64,000 nt of DNA from Abditibacteriaceae bacterium (GTDB lineage: Bacteria; Armatimonadota; Abditibacteriia; Abditibacteriales; Abditibacteriaceae): positions 1,792,001 to 1,856,000 of the forward strand of contig OZ255721.1 of NCBI GenBank assembly GCA_965277285.1, written 5' to 3'. The position numbers and the translations under genes are program-made. The number at the start of each line of letters is the position of its first letter. The first letter of the stretch is position 1. The notes below the pieces were generated by a model. It searched no databases. It was not told where the DNA came from and worked only from the letters and a program-made list of their open reading frames with translations. Below are positions 51,755 to 61,751 of this stretch, piece by piece.

Positions 51755-53791
51755 GTGGAAGTGCCTTTGCCGTTGAACGAAGCGCAGCGATTGAACGCTT
51801 TGCGCGATTATCAGATTGTCGATACCTTGCCGGAACAGGATTTCGATGATTTGACGTTTCTGGCCTCGCAATTGTGCGGGACGCCGATTGCCCTGCTGTC
51901 TTTCATCGAAGAAAACCGCCAGTGGATGAAGTCGCATCGCGGCATGGACGCCACAGAATTGCCGCGCCAGTTGTCGTTTTGCAATTACACGATTGCGAGC
52001 GATGAAGCGCTTTTTGTGGTTCCCGATCTGACACAGGACGCGCGTTTCGCCGATCATCCTTTTGTAACCGACGCGCCAGGCCTGCGCTTTTATGCGGGAA
52101 CGCCCTTAAAGACAAAGGACAATTTGGCGATAGGAACGTTGTGCGTCATCGATTCGGCGCCGCGCGAATTAACAGAAGAACAAGGTTACGCACTACAAGC
52201 TTTGGCGCGCCAGGCCGTCACGCAACTCGAACTGCGCCGCACTTTGCAATTGCAAAAAGTCTTGCTCGAAGAACGCGAATTGACAGCACGCGAACTGCGC
52301 GACAAGCAACGTCGCTTCGACGAGTTTATGGATCACAGTCCCGTGATGGCCTTTACCAAAGACGCCGCGGGTCGCCTGACGTATGTCAATTCGGCTTTCG
52401 CGCGACATTTCGGTCAAACGCGCGAAAGTTGGATTGGCCGCGCTGATTTCGCCTCGTGGTCGCCGGAATTCGCGCGCTCCTTGCGTCAGACCGATGCCGA
52501 GATTTTGGCCGACAACAGCGCGCGCGAATTTGTCGAAACTATTCCCTCAGCCACCGGCGAGACGCGCGAATATTTGACGATCAAGTTTCCGATAGATAAT
52601 GCGAATGGCGAACGTTCGCTGGGCGGTTTATCGCTCGACATCACCGAGCGACGCGTTCTGGAAAAGGCTTTGCGGCAAAGCGAAGAACGCTACCGCGACC
52701 TGGTCGAAAACGCTTCCGATTTGGTGCAAAGCCTGTCACGTGAAGGACACATTTTGTATGCGAACAGCGCATGGCTGCGCACTCTGGGTTATACGCGCGA
52801 GGAAGCGAGTTCGTTGACTTTGCGCGATTTCATACATCCGCGCGATCTGGAAAAATGTCTGCGCATCCGGCAACGAGTACTCGAAAGTGGCCACACCGAG
52901 CCGCTCGAGGCGACGTTCCAAACGCGCGATGGACGCGACATCGAAATCGAAGGCTGCTTGAACGCGCGTCTGGTCGATGGCGCCGCCGTTGCGACGAGCG
53001 GCATTTTCCATGATGTGACCGAGCGACGCAAAATCGAGCGCATGAAAAACGAGTTCATCTCGACCGTATCACACGAACTGCGCACGCCCCTGACTTCGAT
53101 TCGCGGTGCCTTGGGATTACTCGAAGGCGGCGCAGCGGGCGAACTTTCCGAACCAGCGCGCCACATGGTTTGCATCGCGCATAAAAACAGCGAGCGCTTG
53201 ATGCGATTGATTAATGACCTGCTGGACACCGAAAAAATCGCCTCTGGCAGCCTGAAATTTCGCTTAGAGCCACTTTCTTTAGCCACTAAAATCCGTCATA
53301 CCATCGAAACTAATCACGCTTATGGCGACACCTTCGGCGTTCAATTCCACTTTGAAACGCCACAAGGTGAAGCCGCCCGCGCCATTGTGCGCGCTGATAC
53401 CGATCGTTTGTCGCAAGTGATGGCGAACCTGCTCTCCAACGCCGCCAAGTTTTCGCCGCAGGGCGGAATTGTTTCGATTTCAATTGAGCCATCAGAAAAT
53501 AATTGGCGCGTTTCGGTGCACGATCAGGGAAAAGGCGTTCCCGAAGCATTTCGCGCCCGCATTTTCCAAAAATTCGCGCAGGCCGATTCCTCCGATACGC
53601 GACAAAAAGGCGGCACAGGCTTGGGACTGAGCATCAGCCGCGCGCTCATCGAAGGCATGAACGGTCATCTCGATTACGTTTGCAGCAATGACAGAAGTAA
53701 TGGTGGAAGCGACAACGAAGGCACCACGTTTTTCTTCGATCTGCCGCGCGGGGTTCCCGAGCAACAACACGAGAAGAAGTCTCAAAAATAG
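51755..53791 (+). CDS. GAF-PAS-PAS sensor histidine kinase
   Basis: EAQRLNAL...RFYAGTPL (GAF), two PAS domains, SHELRTPL, NLLSNAAKF, GTGLGL. Confidence 0.92.
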   Translation: MEVPLPLNEAQRLNALRDYQIVDTLPEQDFDDLTFLASQLCGTPIALLSFIEENRQWMKSHRGMDATELPRQLSFCNYTIASDEALFVVPDLTQDARFADHPFVTDAPGLRFYAGTPLKTKDNLAIGTLCVIDSAPRELTEEQGYALQALARQAVTQLELRRTLQLQKVLLEERELTARELRDKQRRFDEFMDHSPVMAFTKDAAGRLTYVNSAFARHFGQTRESWIGRADFASWSPEFARSLRQTDAEILADNSAREFVETIPSATGETREYLTIKFPIDNANGERSLGGLSLDITERRVLEKALRQSEERYRDLVENASDLVQSLSREGHILYANSAWLRTLGYTREEASSLTLRDFIHPRDLEKCLRIRQRVLESGHTEPLEATFQTRDGRDIEIEGCLNARLVDGAAVATSGIFHDVTERRKIERMKNEFISTVSHELRTPLTSIRGALGLLEGGAAGELSEPARHMVCIAHKNSERLMRLINDLLDTEKIASGSLKFRLEPLSLATKIRHTIETNHAYGDTFGVQFHFETPQGEAARAIVRADTDRLSQVMANLLSNAAKFSPQGGIVSISIEPSENNWRVSVHDQGKGVPEAFRARIFQKFAQADSSDTRQKGGTGLGLSISRALIEGMNGHLDYVCSNDRSNGGSDNEGTTFFFDLPRGVPEQQHEKKSQK

Positions 53792-53914
53792 GGAATTCTT
53801 TCTGAGAGTACGGGAATAAGTCATGCGAAACCGCAAGACGCATCGAGTATTCAACATACAAAAAAACAAGGAATAAAATTGGAACACGACGAAACGAAGA
53901 AGGTCGAAGCGGCC

Positions 53915-54325
53915 ATGATTTTAGAACGCATTTTACTGGTGGAAGACGAAACCGATATCCAAGAAATCGCGCGCTTGGCGCTCGAAGCCTTTGGCGGCTT
54001 TTGCGTCGAAACCTGCAGCAACGGGCGCGATGCACTGGCGACAGCGCACCATTTCCAGCCCGACCTGTTTTTGCTCGACGTGATGATGGCAGACATGGAC
54101 GGTCCGACAACACTTCAAGAATTGCGACGCTCGTCACAGTTCAGCCAGACGCCCGTTATCTTTATGACCGCTAAAGCCCAACCCAACGAAATTGCCTGGC
54201 TGCGTTCGCTGGGCGCTCTCGATGTCATCGCCAAACCATTCGACCCCTTGACGCTATCGCAAACTATCAACGAACTCTGGCACGAAAACCTCGCGGCAAG
54301 TTTATTGCAACAAGGAAATCGGTAG
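53915..54325 (+). CDS. Single-domain response regulator
   Basis: ILLVEDE, LLDVMM, FMTA, KPF. Confidence 0.9.
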   Translation: MILERILLVEDETDIQEIARLALEAFGGFCVETCSNGRDALATAHHFQPDLFLLDVMMADMDGPTTLQELRRSSQFSQTPVIFMTAKAQPNEIAWLRSLGALDVIAKPFDPLTLSQTINELWHENLAASLLQQGNR

Positions 54326-54326
54326 A

Positions 54327-54836
54327 TTGAATTTTATGAGCGCCATGCCTTCGTATTCTCATTCGTATTCGCCCGCTTCGCTTTGCGCCGCGCCCAATCA
54401 TAGCGCGTGTGCGGACGTCAGCGCGGCTGACGAACGTCGGCGTCGCGCGGTGGAAGAATTGCAAGAATTGCGTGCGAAATATGCGGCAAACCTTCCCGCC
54501 AAAATCGAGCGACTGGAAACGATCTGGCATCAACTCGATTGCGCTACGCAAAATGAAGGCTGCAGCGAGACCATTGATATGAGCGCATTTGCTGCTGTCA
54601 AAGATAGGGAAGACGAAGACGTTTCAATGTCAACTTTTTACCGATTGGTGCATAATCTGGCGGGTTCGGGCGCGACTTACGGTTTTCCAGCGCTCAGCCG
54701 CGAAGCACGCGAGTTGACCAATCTGATGAAACCGTGGAGCGATCCCGATCTTCCACCAGATGCGCAGCCGCCCTTAAAAAGCGAATTGTGCGAACGGATC
54801 GAAAACTTGCTGGCGGCCATGAAAGCGGCCATTTGA
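54327..54836 (+). CDS. Hpt (histidine phosphotransfer) domain protein
   Basis: VHNLAGSGATYGF. Confidence 0.8.
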   Translation: MNFMSAMPSYSHSYSPASLCAAPNHSACADVSAADERRRRAVEELQELRAKYAANLPAKIERLETIWHQLDCATQNEGCSETIDMSAFAAVKDREDEDVSMSTFYRLVHNLAGSGATYGFPALSREARELTNLMKPWSDPDLPPDAQPPLKSELCERIENLLAAMKAAI

Positions 54837-54853
54837 ATTGTCGCTAAAACGAT

Positions 54854-54889
54854 AAAGCGCGCCCATCGAGTACTCGATGGGCGCGCTTT
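54854..54889. terminator. Perfect 36-bp palindrome centred on the iterated motif; probable bidirectional terminator
   Basis: aaagcgcgcccatcgagt|actcgatgggcgcgcttt between convergent genes. Confidence 0.65.
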
Positions 54890-54910
54890 TGTGCTCATAA
54901 GCGGAATCCT

Positions 54911-55267
54911 TCAAATTCCCCAATCGACCACTTTTGCGCCGCAATTAGGACAGCGTCGCCCACGAAAAATGAGCCATGCCGCAATGCGAGGAAACAACGC
55001 CACGAGCGCAATCGCCAGGCAAATTGCAAGTAAGCAAAGCACCAACAGTGACGGCGCAAAATGTCGATGATGTGCGACAAGGCGCGGCCAATGCTGCAAA
55101 AGTGGCGCAGCAAAGGATAACGTCACGAAGGCTAAGGCCAAACGGGTTCTGCAACCAATTCCACTCTGTACCTCAACGTTACCTATGCGACAGCCGCATG
55201 TTCGACATTCGACGCGCATAAGAATGAGATTGATTAAGTCACAACGGTTTCTGTTTGGGAATGCCAA
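54911..55267 (-). CDS. Small membrane protein with CxxC pairs at both ends
   Basis: CRTCG, two TM segments, CPNCG. Start is probably the internal MRVEC. Confidence 0.5.
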   Translation of the reverse strand: MAFPNRNRCDLINLILMRVECRTCGCRIGNVEVQSGIGCRTRLALAFVTLSFAAPLLQHWPRLVAHHRHFAPSLLVLCLLAICLAIALVALFPRIAAWLIFRGRRCPNCGAKVVDWGI

Positions 55268-55916
55268 CGCGTCGCGGGAAAGTTTTTGGCGTGCGCGCAG
55301 TTTTTTCGATCACAATTAAATGATATTTCAAGTCGTGCGCGGGCAAGTTGTACGGAACGATTTCGAGTAACTTTCCGCCCAGCGTTTTGATCGCGCCTTT
55401 GGCGGTTTTGGCTTCTGCTTCGGCTTTTTCGCCGCGCCACAGAACGGCGTGCCCGCCCAACTTCACCAAAGGCAAGACCAATTCGCAGACTTCGCTCAGC
55501 GAACCGACGGCGCGCGCAATTCCCACATCGAAACGCTCGCGCCACACAACATTTTGCCCGACTTCTTCGGCGCGCTCGTTGATTGTTTTGACGTTCAACT
55601 TCAATTGCTCGCTGACGCTTTGCATGAAATCGCACTTCTTGCGCGTCGCATCAAGTACGCGAAGTTTGAGTTCGGGACGCGCAATCGCCAACGCCAAGCC
55701 TGGAAAACCGGCGCCTGAACCGACATCAACGACGCTTTGATGACCTTCAAAAAATGGCGTGCGCAAACCTTGCAACGAATCCAAAATGTGCTTTGTCCAA
55801 GCCGCTTCAGGTTCGCGCACCGAAGTCAAATTGAACTGCTGATTGACGCGCAACACTTCGTCGATTAGTTCGTGCAATTGCGCAATGCGTTCGGGAGGAA
55901 GATTGAAGTCGTTCAT
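55239..55916 (-). CDS. rsmG: 16S rRNA m7G527 methyltransferase
   Basis: FNLTS, KHILDSL, DVGSGAGFPG, RAEE, FPRRVGIP. Confidence 0.95.
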   Translation of the reverse strand: MNDFNLPPERIAQLHELIDEVLRVNQQFNLTSVREPEAAWTKHILDSLQGLRTPFFEGHQSVVDVGSGAGFPGLALAIARPELKLRVLDATRKKCDFMQSVSEQLKLNVKTINERAEEVGQNVVWRERFDVGIARAVGSLSEVCELVLPLVKLGGHAVLWRGEKAEAEAKTAKGAIKTLGGKLLEIVPYNLPAHDLKYHLIVIEKTARTPKTFPRRVGIPKQKPL

Positions 55917-55926
55917 AAAAACAATT

Positions 55927-56014
55927 AACCACCAAGGCACCAAGAATACCAAGGAAGGAATCGAGTACTCGAAACAAACTCGTTTTGCTTGGTGTTCTTG
56001 GTGCCTTGGTGGTT
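55927..56014. repeat. Inverted repeat of 9-nt units (CACCAAGG type) with the iterated palindrome in its loop
   Basis: aaccaccaaggcaccaagaataccaag / cttggtgttcttggtgccttggtggtt. Confidence 0.8.
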
Positions 56015-56020
56015 CAAAAA

Positions 56021-56395
56021 CTAATCGCAATCGACTTCGACTTGAAGGCGAATTTGGCGTAGAATGCCCGCGACGCGATGACACTTGGCGCGGTCGCCGC
56101 GGAAGCAAACGGCGCGACCTTTGGTGTGCGCTTCCAGCATGATTGCCGTCGCTTTGTAGATGTCGTAGCCGGTCGCTTTCTGGATTTGCAGCACGACTTC
56201 ATCGACGCTGTGCCATTCGTCGTTATATAAAATCACCCGATGCGTCGGTTCATCGGTCGGCGTTTCGATGGTCTGAGTTTCGCCTTCGGTGGTGCGCGTC
56301 GGTGTTGGCACGAGTGAAGCGATGACGAGTGACAAAACGGGGTTTCGAGTACTCGAAGAGCGAAAAAAATCAATATCTACGAAAAAGGTCGGCAT
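56021..56395 (-). CDS. clpS: Clp protease adaptor ClpS family
   Basis: RVILYNDEWH, IMLEAHTKGRA. Start uncertain. Confidence 0.82.
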   Translation of the reverse strand: MPTFFVDIDFFRSSSTRNPVLSLVIASLVPTPTRTTEGETQTIETPTDEPTHRVILYNDEWHSVDEVVLQIQKATGYDIYKATAIMLEAHTKGRAVCFRGDRAKCHRVAGILRQIRLQVEVDCD

Positions 56396-56525
56396 GAGAA
56401 AAGTTGCGTTGTGAAGACGTTACGCGGTGAATTATACTGCGCTTGCCTTGAACGCCGAAAGTGTTCCTTTTTAGCGGCGCATTGCGCTGGCACGACGCGG
56501 CGTTTTGAACGTCTTTCCTCGCCTT

Positions 56526-57041
56526 ATGAAAATCTCTACACGCAGCGAATATGGCTTGCGCGCCTTGATGGAACTGGCACAGCAGCCCGAGCGCGCGCTT
56601 TCCCTGCGCGACATCGCCAATCGTCAAAATATCTCGCTCGATTACCTCGAACAAATCATGCCCGCCTTAAAAACTGCCGAATTAATTCGCGCTCGTCGCG
56701 GCGCGCAAGGTGGTTACCAACTGGCGCGCGAGGCGAAAACTATCACGGTTTACGACGTGATGAGCGCGCTCGAAGGCACCTTCGACCCGATGCAATGCTT
56801 GACCGCCAACAACTTGCCGCAACTTCCCGACGGCGAACCGATTGGCGATGGTTGCGGCGCGAGCGGCGCTTGCGCGGTGCAGGAAGTGTGGCGCCAGGTC
56901 AAAAACGTCGTCGAAGCCGTCTTGAAGAAAATCACGCTCGCGCAACTGATCGAGCGCCAGCAAAAACGTTATGGCGGTCCATTGCGCACCACAGCGGACG
57001 CTACAGAACACGAAATTATGCGGCTTATTGTTTTGAATTAA
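56526..57041 (+). CDS. Rrf2-family regulator (IscR/CymR-like)
   Basis: MKISTRSEYGLRAL, YLEQI, RGAQGGYQL, three C-terminal cysteines. Confidence 0.92.
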   Translation: MKISTRSEYGLRALMELAQQPERALSLRDIANRQNISLDYLEQIMPALKTAELIRARRGAQGGYQLAREAKTITVYDVMSALEGTFDPMQCLTANNLPQLPDGEPIGDGCGASGACAVQEVWRQVKNVVEAVLKKITLAQLIERQQKRYGGPLRTTADATEHEIMRLIVLN

Positions 57042-57048
57042 ACCAAAA

Positions 57049-57126
57049 GAACCCTGAGCGTCAGCGACGGGTGAAGTAGGAGTTTGATGTAGTTCTTGCT
57101 TCACCCGTCGCTGACGCTCAGGGTTC
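57049..57126. repeat. REP doublet hairpin, family A
   Basis: gaaccctgagcgtcagcgacgggtgaag / cttcacccgtcgctgacgctcagggttc. Confidence 0.85.
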
Positions 57127-57158
57127 CAAGCTCGTAATCGAGTACTCGAAAGGACATT

Positions 57159-58316
57159 ATGCAATCGGAAATCGCGCCTCACGGCGGCAAATTGATTAAC
57201 GCTTTCGTCACCGGACAAGAAGCCGAAACTTTGCGCGAACGCGCGCAATCGCTGACTAAAATCCACTTGGCCGACCGTCGTTTAAGCGACTTGGAAATGA
57301 TCGGTTGTGGCGCGTTCTCGCCGCTCGATGGCTTTATGAAGCGCGCCGATTACGACAATTGCGTGGTCAACAAGCGATTGGCCGACGGACTTCCGTGGAC
57401 TATTCCGATCACTCTCGCCGTCACATCCGACGAACTCGAACACATTCAAATCGACGATGAAGTCGCGCTGGTCGACAAGTTCGAGAACATTTTAGCGGTG
57501 ATGCAGCTCGAAGAAATTTACAAATACGACCGCGAGCGCGAAGCGCGCTTGGTTTATCGCACGACCGACGAATCGCATCCGGGCGTAAAAAACCTTTATC
57601 GTCGCGGCGATATTCATCTGGGTGGCAAAATTCAAGTTTTGCAGGACAGAACCGACAAAGATTTTCCCGAATATCGCCTGACGCCCGAACAAATGCGGCG
57701 CGCTTTCGCTCAACGCGGCTGGAAGAAAATCGTCGGTTTCCAAACGCGCAACCCAATTCATCGCGCTCACGAATACATCACCAAATGCGCGCTCGAAACG
57801 ATGGACGGGCTTCTCATTCATCCTTTAATGGGCGCCACCAAAGACGACGATATTCCCGCCGAAGTGCGCATGAACTGCTATCGCGCGCTGATTGAAAATT
57901 ATTACCCAACGGATCGCGTACTTTTGGCCGTTTTCCCCGCCGTGATGCGTTACGCCGGGCCGCGCGAAGCGATTTTGCACGCCATTGTGCGCAAAAATTA
58001 CGGCTGCACGCACTTCATCGTCGGGCGCGATCATGCCGGCGTCGGCAATTATTACGGCACGTTCGACGCGCAATATATCTTCGACGAGTTCGCACCGGAA
58101 GAGTTGGGCATCACGCCGATGATGTTCGATCACGCGTATTACAGCCCGACGGTAGGCGCGATGGGAACCGATAAAACAATGCCCAAAGGTGCCGAAAAAG
58201 TGACGCTTTCCGGCACAAAGGTACGCCAAATGCTGATGGACGGCATTCTTCCGCCCGTCGAGTTCACGCGCCCCGAAGTCGCCCAAGTGCTGATAGACGC
58301 GATGAAAAAGAAATAA
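57159..58316 (+). CDS. sat: Sulfate adenylyltransferase (Sat type)
   Basis: PHGGKL, FQTRNPIHRAHE, YAGPREA, GRDHAGVG, SGTKVR. Confidence 0.96.
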   Translation: MQSEIAPHGGKLINAFVTGQEAETLRERAQSLTKIHLADRRLSDLEMIGCGAFSPLDGFMKRADYDNCVVNKRLADGLPWTIPITLAVTSDELEHIQIDDEVALVDKFENILAVMQLEEIYKYDREREARLVYRTTDESHPGVKNLYRRGDIHLGGKIQVLQDRTDKDFPEYRLTPEQMRRAFAQRGWKKIVGFQTRNPIHRAHEYITKCALETMDGLLIHPLMGATKDDDIPAEVRMNCYRALIENYYPTDRVLLAVFPAVMRYAGPREAILHAIVRKNYGCTHFIVGRDHAGVGNYYGTFDAQYIFDEFAPEELGITPMMFDHAYYSPTVGAMGTDKTMPKGAEKVTLSGTKVRQMLMDGILPPVEFTRPEVAQVLIDAMKKK

Positions 58317-58399
58317 AAACCTGGCTGCAAGCATCAGGCATTCTGGCCGTCTTCGTAAAGTCGTCTCAATTAAAGCGTGGCGTTAAGATCAGGAGAAAA

Positions 58400-58798
58400 A
58401 TGGCTATCAACGATTTACGTTTCCCGAAGACAGGCAAAGACATCAAAGCCGCTGTCCGCGAACGCCGTGCACAGTTAGAACAACGATTGGAAAAGCGCAA
58501 CAAAGACTTGGATTCATTTCTTCAAGATACAAAGAAAGTGCGCTCTTATTTAGTTCGTAGCACACAGCCTAACTACTCACATGGCGGTGGGCGAGAAGCT
58601 ATTCTGTTTGGACAAGATGATATTTCGAGCGAAGAACGGCGGGAAACAGACCAACTGTGTCAACGCATTTTTGAGATTGAGCAAGAACTGCATCGCCTTT
58701 CGATCCTTGTGGCTCATCTCGACGACCAGCAAATCGTCAACCTGACCCTTGAAGACTTGATTAACTACGGCTTTCAAGCTGGCGCTTCCGTCGTTTAA
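58400..58798 (+). CDS. Hypothetical coiled-coil protein
   Basis: AGGAG RBS; 132 aa. Confidence 0.7.
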   Translation: MAINDLRFPKTGKDIKAAVRERRAQLEQRLEKRNKDLDSFLQDTKKVRSYLVRSTQPNYSHGGGREAILFGQDDISSEERRETDQLCQRIFEIEQELHRLSILVAHLDDQQIVNLTLEDLINYGFQAGASVV

Positions 58799-58806
58799 TC
58801 ACTCTT

Positions 58807-59253
58807 ATGCTACAACTTACCAAAGAACAATTTGAGCGCATTGTCGCGCAGGGTTTGGAAGGCAAACCGCTGGAAATTTGCGGACTTCTGGCCGGACATT
58901 TCGACGAATCGAGTACTCGAATTGTCGAGGTTTATCCGGTTGAAAGCGACGATAAGAGCGAATTGACTTACACCATTAACGCGCTGGGCTACATGAAAGC
59001 CGTCCGAGATGCGGAAAGTCGCGGATGGAAAATCGTCGGCATTTATCACACACATCCGGCGACCGTCGCTTATCCCTCGAAAACCGATGTCGCGCGCGCG
59101 CACTGGGGCGACACCGACGATCTGCTGTTTCCCGATTATTCTTATTTGATCGTCAGCTTGCGCGACCCGAAAAACCCCGAGCCGCATTCGTTCAAAATCA
59201 AGGGCCGCAACATTCCCCAAGATATTGAGGAAGAAAACGTTGTGATTTCGTAG
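58807..59253 (+). CDS. JAMM/MPN+ (Mov34, Mec-like) metallopeptidase
   Basis: EICGLL and YHTHP...PSKTD JAMM motif. Confidence 0.9.
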   Translation: MLQLTKEQFERIVAQGLEGKPLEICGLLAGHFDESSTRIVEVYPVESDDKSELTYTINALGYMKAVRDAESRGWKIVGIYHTHPATVAYPSKTDVARAHWGDTDDLLFPDYSYLIVSLRDPKNPEPHSFKIKGRNIPQDIEEENVVIS

Positions 59254-59313
59254 GGTTTGGCACGCCAAACCCGCGTGGGTTGCGTATTCGGGTTTGGCAC
59301 GCCAAACCCCTAC
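59250..59313. repeat. GTAG-type REP doublet
   Basis: gtagggtttggcacgccaaaccc ... gggtttggcacgccaaacccctac. Confidence 0.75.
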
Positions 59314-59383
59314 GGATTAGAATCGAGTACTCGATTGCGGAAAAAGAGGAATCGTAACCGACGTTGTGACGTTTAACCCATTT

Positions 59384-60367
59384 ATGAGCATTCAATCGCC
59401 TTGCGCCGTGCCCGCCACACTCAATGGTCACGAGCCGCCGCCCATCGAAAAACTGGGGAACGATTCGGTTTCTATTTTGGGTTACGTCGGCAACACGCCG
59501 TTGTTGTGCCTGTCGCGCATCACGCGGCATTTGAAGAAAGTGCGCGTTTACGCCAAAGCTGAATATCTCAATCCGGGCGGCAGCGTAAAAGATCGTGCGG
59601 CCTTGAACATGGTTTTGCACGGCGAAGCGACCGGCGAATTGACACACGACAAGACGATTCTCGATTCGACATCCGGCAATACGGGAATTGCATACGCGAT
59701 GATCGGCGCGGCGCGCGGCTACAAAGTCAAGCTCGTTATGCCGGGCAACGTTTCGCCGGAACGAAGCAAAATCATCAAACTTTATGGCGCCGAAGTCGTG
59801 ACTTCTTCGGCTCTCGAAGGCAGCGATGGCGCGATTTTACTGGCGCGCAAAATCTACAACGAGAACCCGAACGCTTATTTCAAGCCCGATCAATATAACA
59901 ACGAACTGAATCCTCTGGCGCATTACAAAGGCACGGGGCCGGAAATCTGGAATCAAACGCAAGGCCGCGTCACGCATTTCTTGGCGACCATTGGAACCAG
60001 CGGAACGCTGATGGGAACAGGTCGCTATCTCAAGGAACAAAACCCGGATGTGCAAATCATCGCCGTCGAACCGGACAACGCGTTCCATGGTATCGAAGGC
60101 TTGAAGTACATGGCAGACTCAATCAAGCCGGGTATTTACCACGAAGAAGCCCACGACGCTAAGATTCCGGTTTCGACCGAAGATGCGTATGACATGAGCA
60201 TTCGCCTGGCCAAAGAAGAAGGCATTTTCGTCGGGTTTTCTGCGGGCGCAGCGGTCTGGGCCGCAGTTCATCTGGCCGAACAATTGGAAGCCGAAGGCCG
60301 TGAGGCTGTCGTGGTCACAATTCTGTGCGACCGCGGCGACCGTTATCTTTCGTTGTTATCGCCATGA
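59384..60367 (+). CDS. PLP-dependent cysteine synthase (CysK/CysM family)
   Basis: VGNTPL, NPGGSVKDR, STSGNTG, GTSGTLMG, DRGDRYLS. Confidence 0.93.
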   Translation: MSIQSPCAVPATLNGHEPPPIEKLGNDSVSILGYVGNTPLLCLSRITRHLKKVRVYAKAEYLNPGGSVKDRAALNMVLHGEATGELTHDKTILDSTSGNTGIAYAMIGAARGYKVKLVMPGNVSPERSKIIKLYGAEVVTSSALEGSDGAILLARKIYNENPNAYFKPDQYNNELNPLAHYKGTGPEIWNQTQGRVTHFLATIGTSGTLMGTGRYLKEQNPDVQIIAVEPDNAFHGIEGLKYMADSIKPGIYHEEAHDAKIPVSTEDAYDMSIRLAKEEGIFVGFSAGAAVWAAVHLAEQLEAEGREAVVVTILCDRGDRYLSLLSP

Positions 60368-60419
60368 GAATCATAGTTTTCAAAGCTTGAGCAACAAGAA
60401 AAAACGGGACGCCGACCTC

Positions 60420-60475
60420 AGCAAACCCTTATCGAGTACCGAAGTTTCGAGTACTCGATAAGGGTTTGCTTTTTA
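60420..60475 (+). terminator. Terminator-like hairpin built from two copies of the iterated palindrome
   Basis: 20-bp arms agcaaacccttatcgagtac / gtactcgataagggtttgct followed by a T run. Confidence 0.65.
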
Positions 60476-60501
60476 CCTTGCAATCTACGATAATCTGGAA
60501 G

Positions 60502-61650
60502 ATGACTTCAGCACCTTCTGTCGTGCGGCAGGAAAAAGTGGCACAGAAAATGGATGGCGACACGACAGCAAGCGGCGCGCCTCGCCCTTCGACGGCGGCA
60601 CAACGAGACGGCACACGCGTTATTTATTTCGATGTGATTCGCGCCTGTGCCATGGTTTGCGTCATCCTGATTCACGTTTCCGTCGGCGAATTGTATAGCG
60701 GGCGGATAGGTTCATTTTCTTGGTGGGCCGCGGACTTTTTCGATTCTTTCGCGCGGCCTTGTGTCCCACTTTTTCTGATGACGAGCGGCGCTCTGCTGCT
60801 CGAAGAACGCCACAAAGAAAGCGTGCATACTTTCTTTAAGAAACGCGCGATGCGAGTGATTCTCCCGTTTGCGTTTTGGGCGGCGGTCTACATGATGTGG
60901 CGCATCGGGTTTCACCACGAGCACATGACACTGCGCTCTTTGTTGGTGAATTTATGGACTGGAAACGTTTATCTTCATCTCTGGTTTATTTACACCATCA
61001 TCGGCTTGTATTTAGTGACACCAATTTTGCGCGTTTTTGTGCGTCACACCGCGCCCGATGTGTGGAAACTCTTCTTCACACTTTGGTTTATCTTCGGTTC
61101 AGTTTTCCTCTTCGTCCAAAAAGCCACCGGCCTGGGATTTAACATCGATCCGCCGTTGGTGACGGGCTATGCAGGTTATTTTCTGCTCGGATGGTATTTG
61201 CACCATCATTATCAGCAGAAGACAAATGCCGCGTTGCTGTGGAAAATCATTGCTCTCACGATTTTTACGGCTGTCGCCACCCACTTTATATCGGTGAAGA
61301 AAGGCTCGGCGGCGGAAGCGTTCTTCGTCTTCCTCAACCCGAACATCGTTATAGCGAGCTTTTACGCGTTTTTATTTTTCCGAGACTACGATTGGAAAAA
61401 GCTTTTTCAACGCGCGCCATTGTTGAATCGCCTGGTCATGCTGCTTAGTTCGGCCAGCCTGGGCATTTACTTTGTTCACGTCCTCGTGCTGGAACTTATC
61501 AGCGGGCAATACTTGCCTTTCGCCATGATCGGCAGCAAATTGCCCGCAATTATCAGCATTCCCTGGATGACATTGATGACAACGTTCCTATCGCTGATGA
61601 TTGTTCTGGCTATGAAAAAATTGCCGTTACTCAAACTCTTCGTGGCCTGA
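60502..61650 (+). CDS. Acyltransferase family 3 membrane protein
   Basis: YFDVIRACAMVCVILIH, VPLFLMTSGALLL, HLWFIY, SLGIYFVH. Confidence 0.88.
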   Translation: MTSAPSVVRQEKVAQKMDGDTTASGAPRPSTAAQRDGTRVIYFDVIRACAMVCVILIHVSVGELYSGRIGSFSWWAADFFDSFARPCVPLFLMTSGALLLEERHKESVHTFFKKRAMRVILPFAFWAAVYMMWRIGFHHEHMTLRSLLVNLWTGNVYLHLWFIYTIIGLYLVTPILRVFVRHTAPDVWKLFFTLWFIFGSVFLFVQKATGLGFNIDPPLVTGYAGYFLLGWYLHHHYQQKTNAALLWKIIALTIFTAVATHFISVKKGSAAEAFFVFLNPNIVIASFYAFLFFRDYDWKKLFQRAPLLNRLVMLLSSASLGIYFVHVLVLELISGQYLPFAMIGSKLPAIISIPWMTLMTTFLSLMIVLAMKKLPLLKLFVA

Positions 61651-61701
61651 GAAGAACGAACCGTAAGCACAAGGAAAAGCCGCATCGAGTACTCGATAAC
61701 G

Positions 61702-61739
61702 AAAAGGCCCGCACTTAAAATCAAGTGCGGGCTTTCTTT
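61702..61739. terminator. Probable bidirectional terminator
   Basis: aaaag-gcccgcactt-aaaatc-aagtgcgggc-tttcttt between convergent genes. Confidence 0.7.
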
Positions 61740-61751
61740 GTGCCTTTGAAA

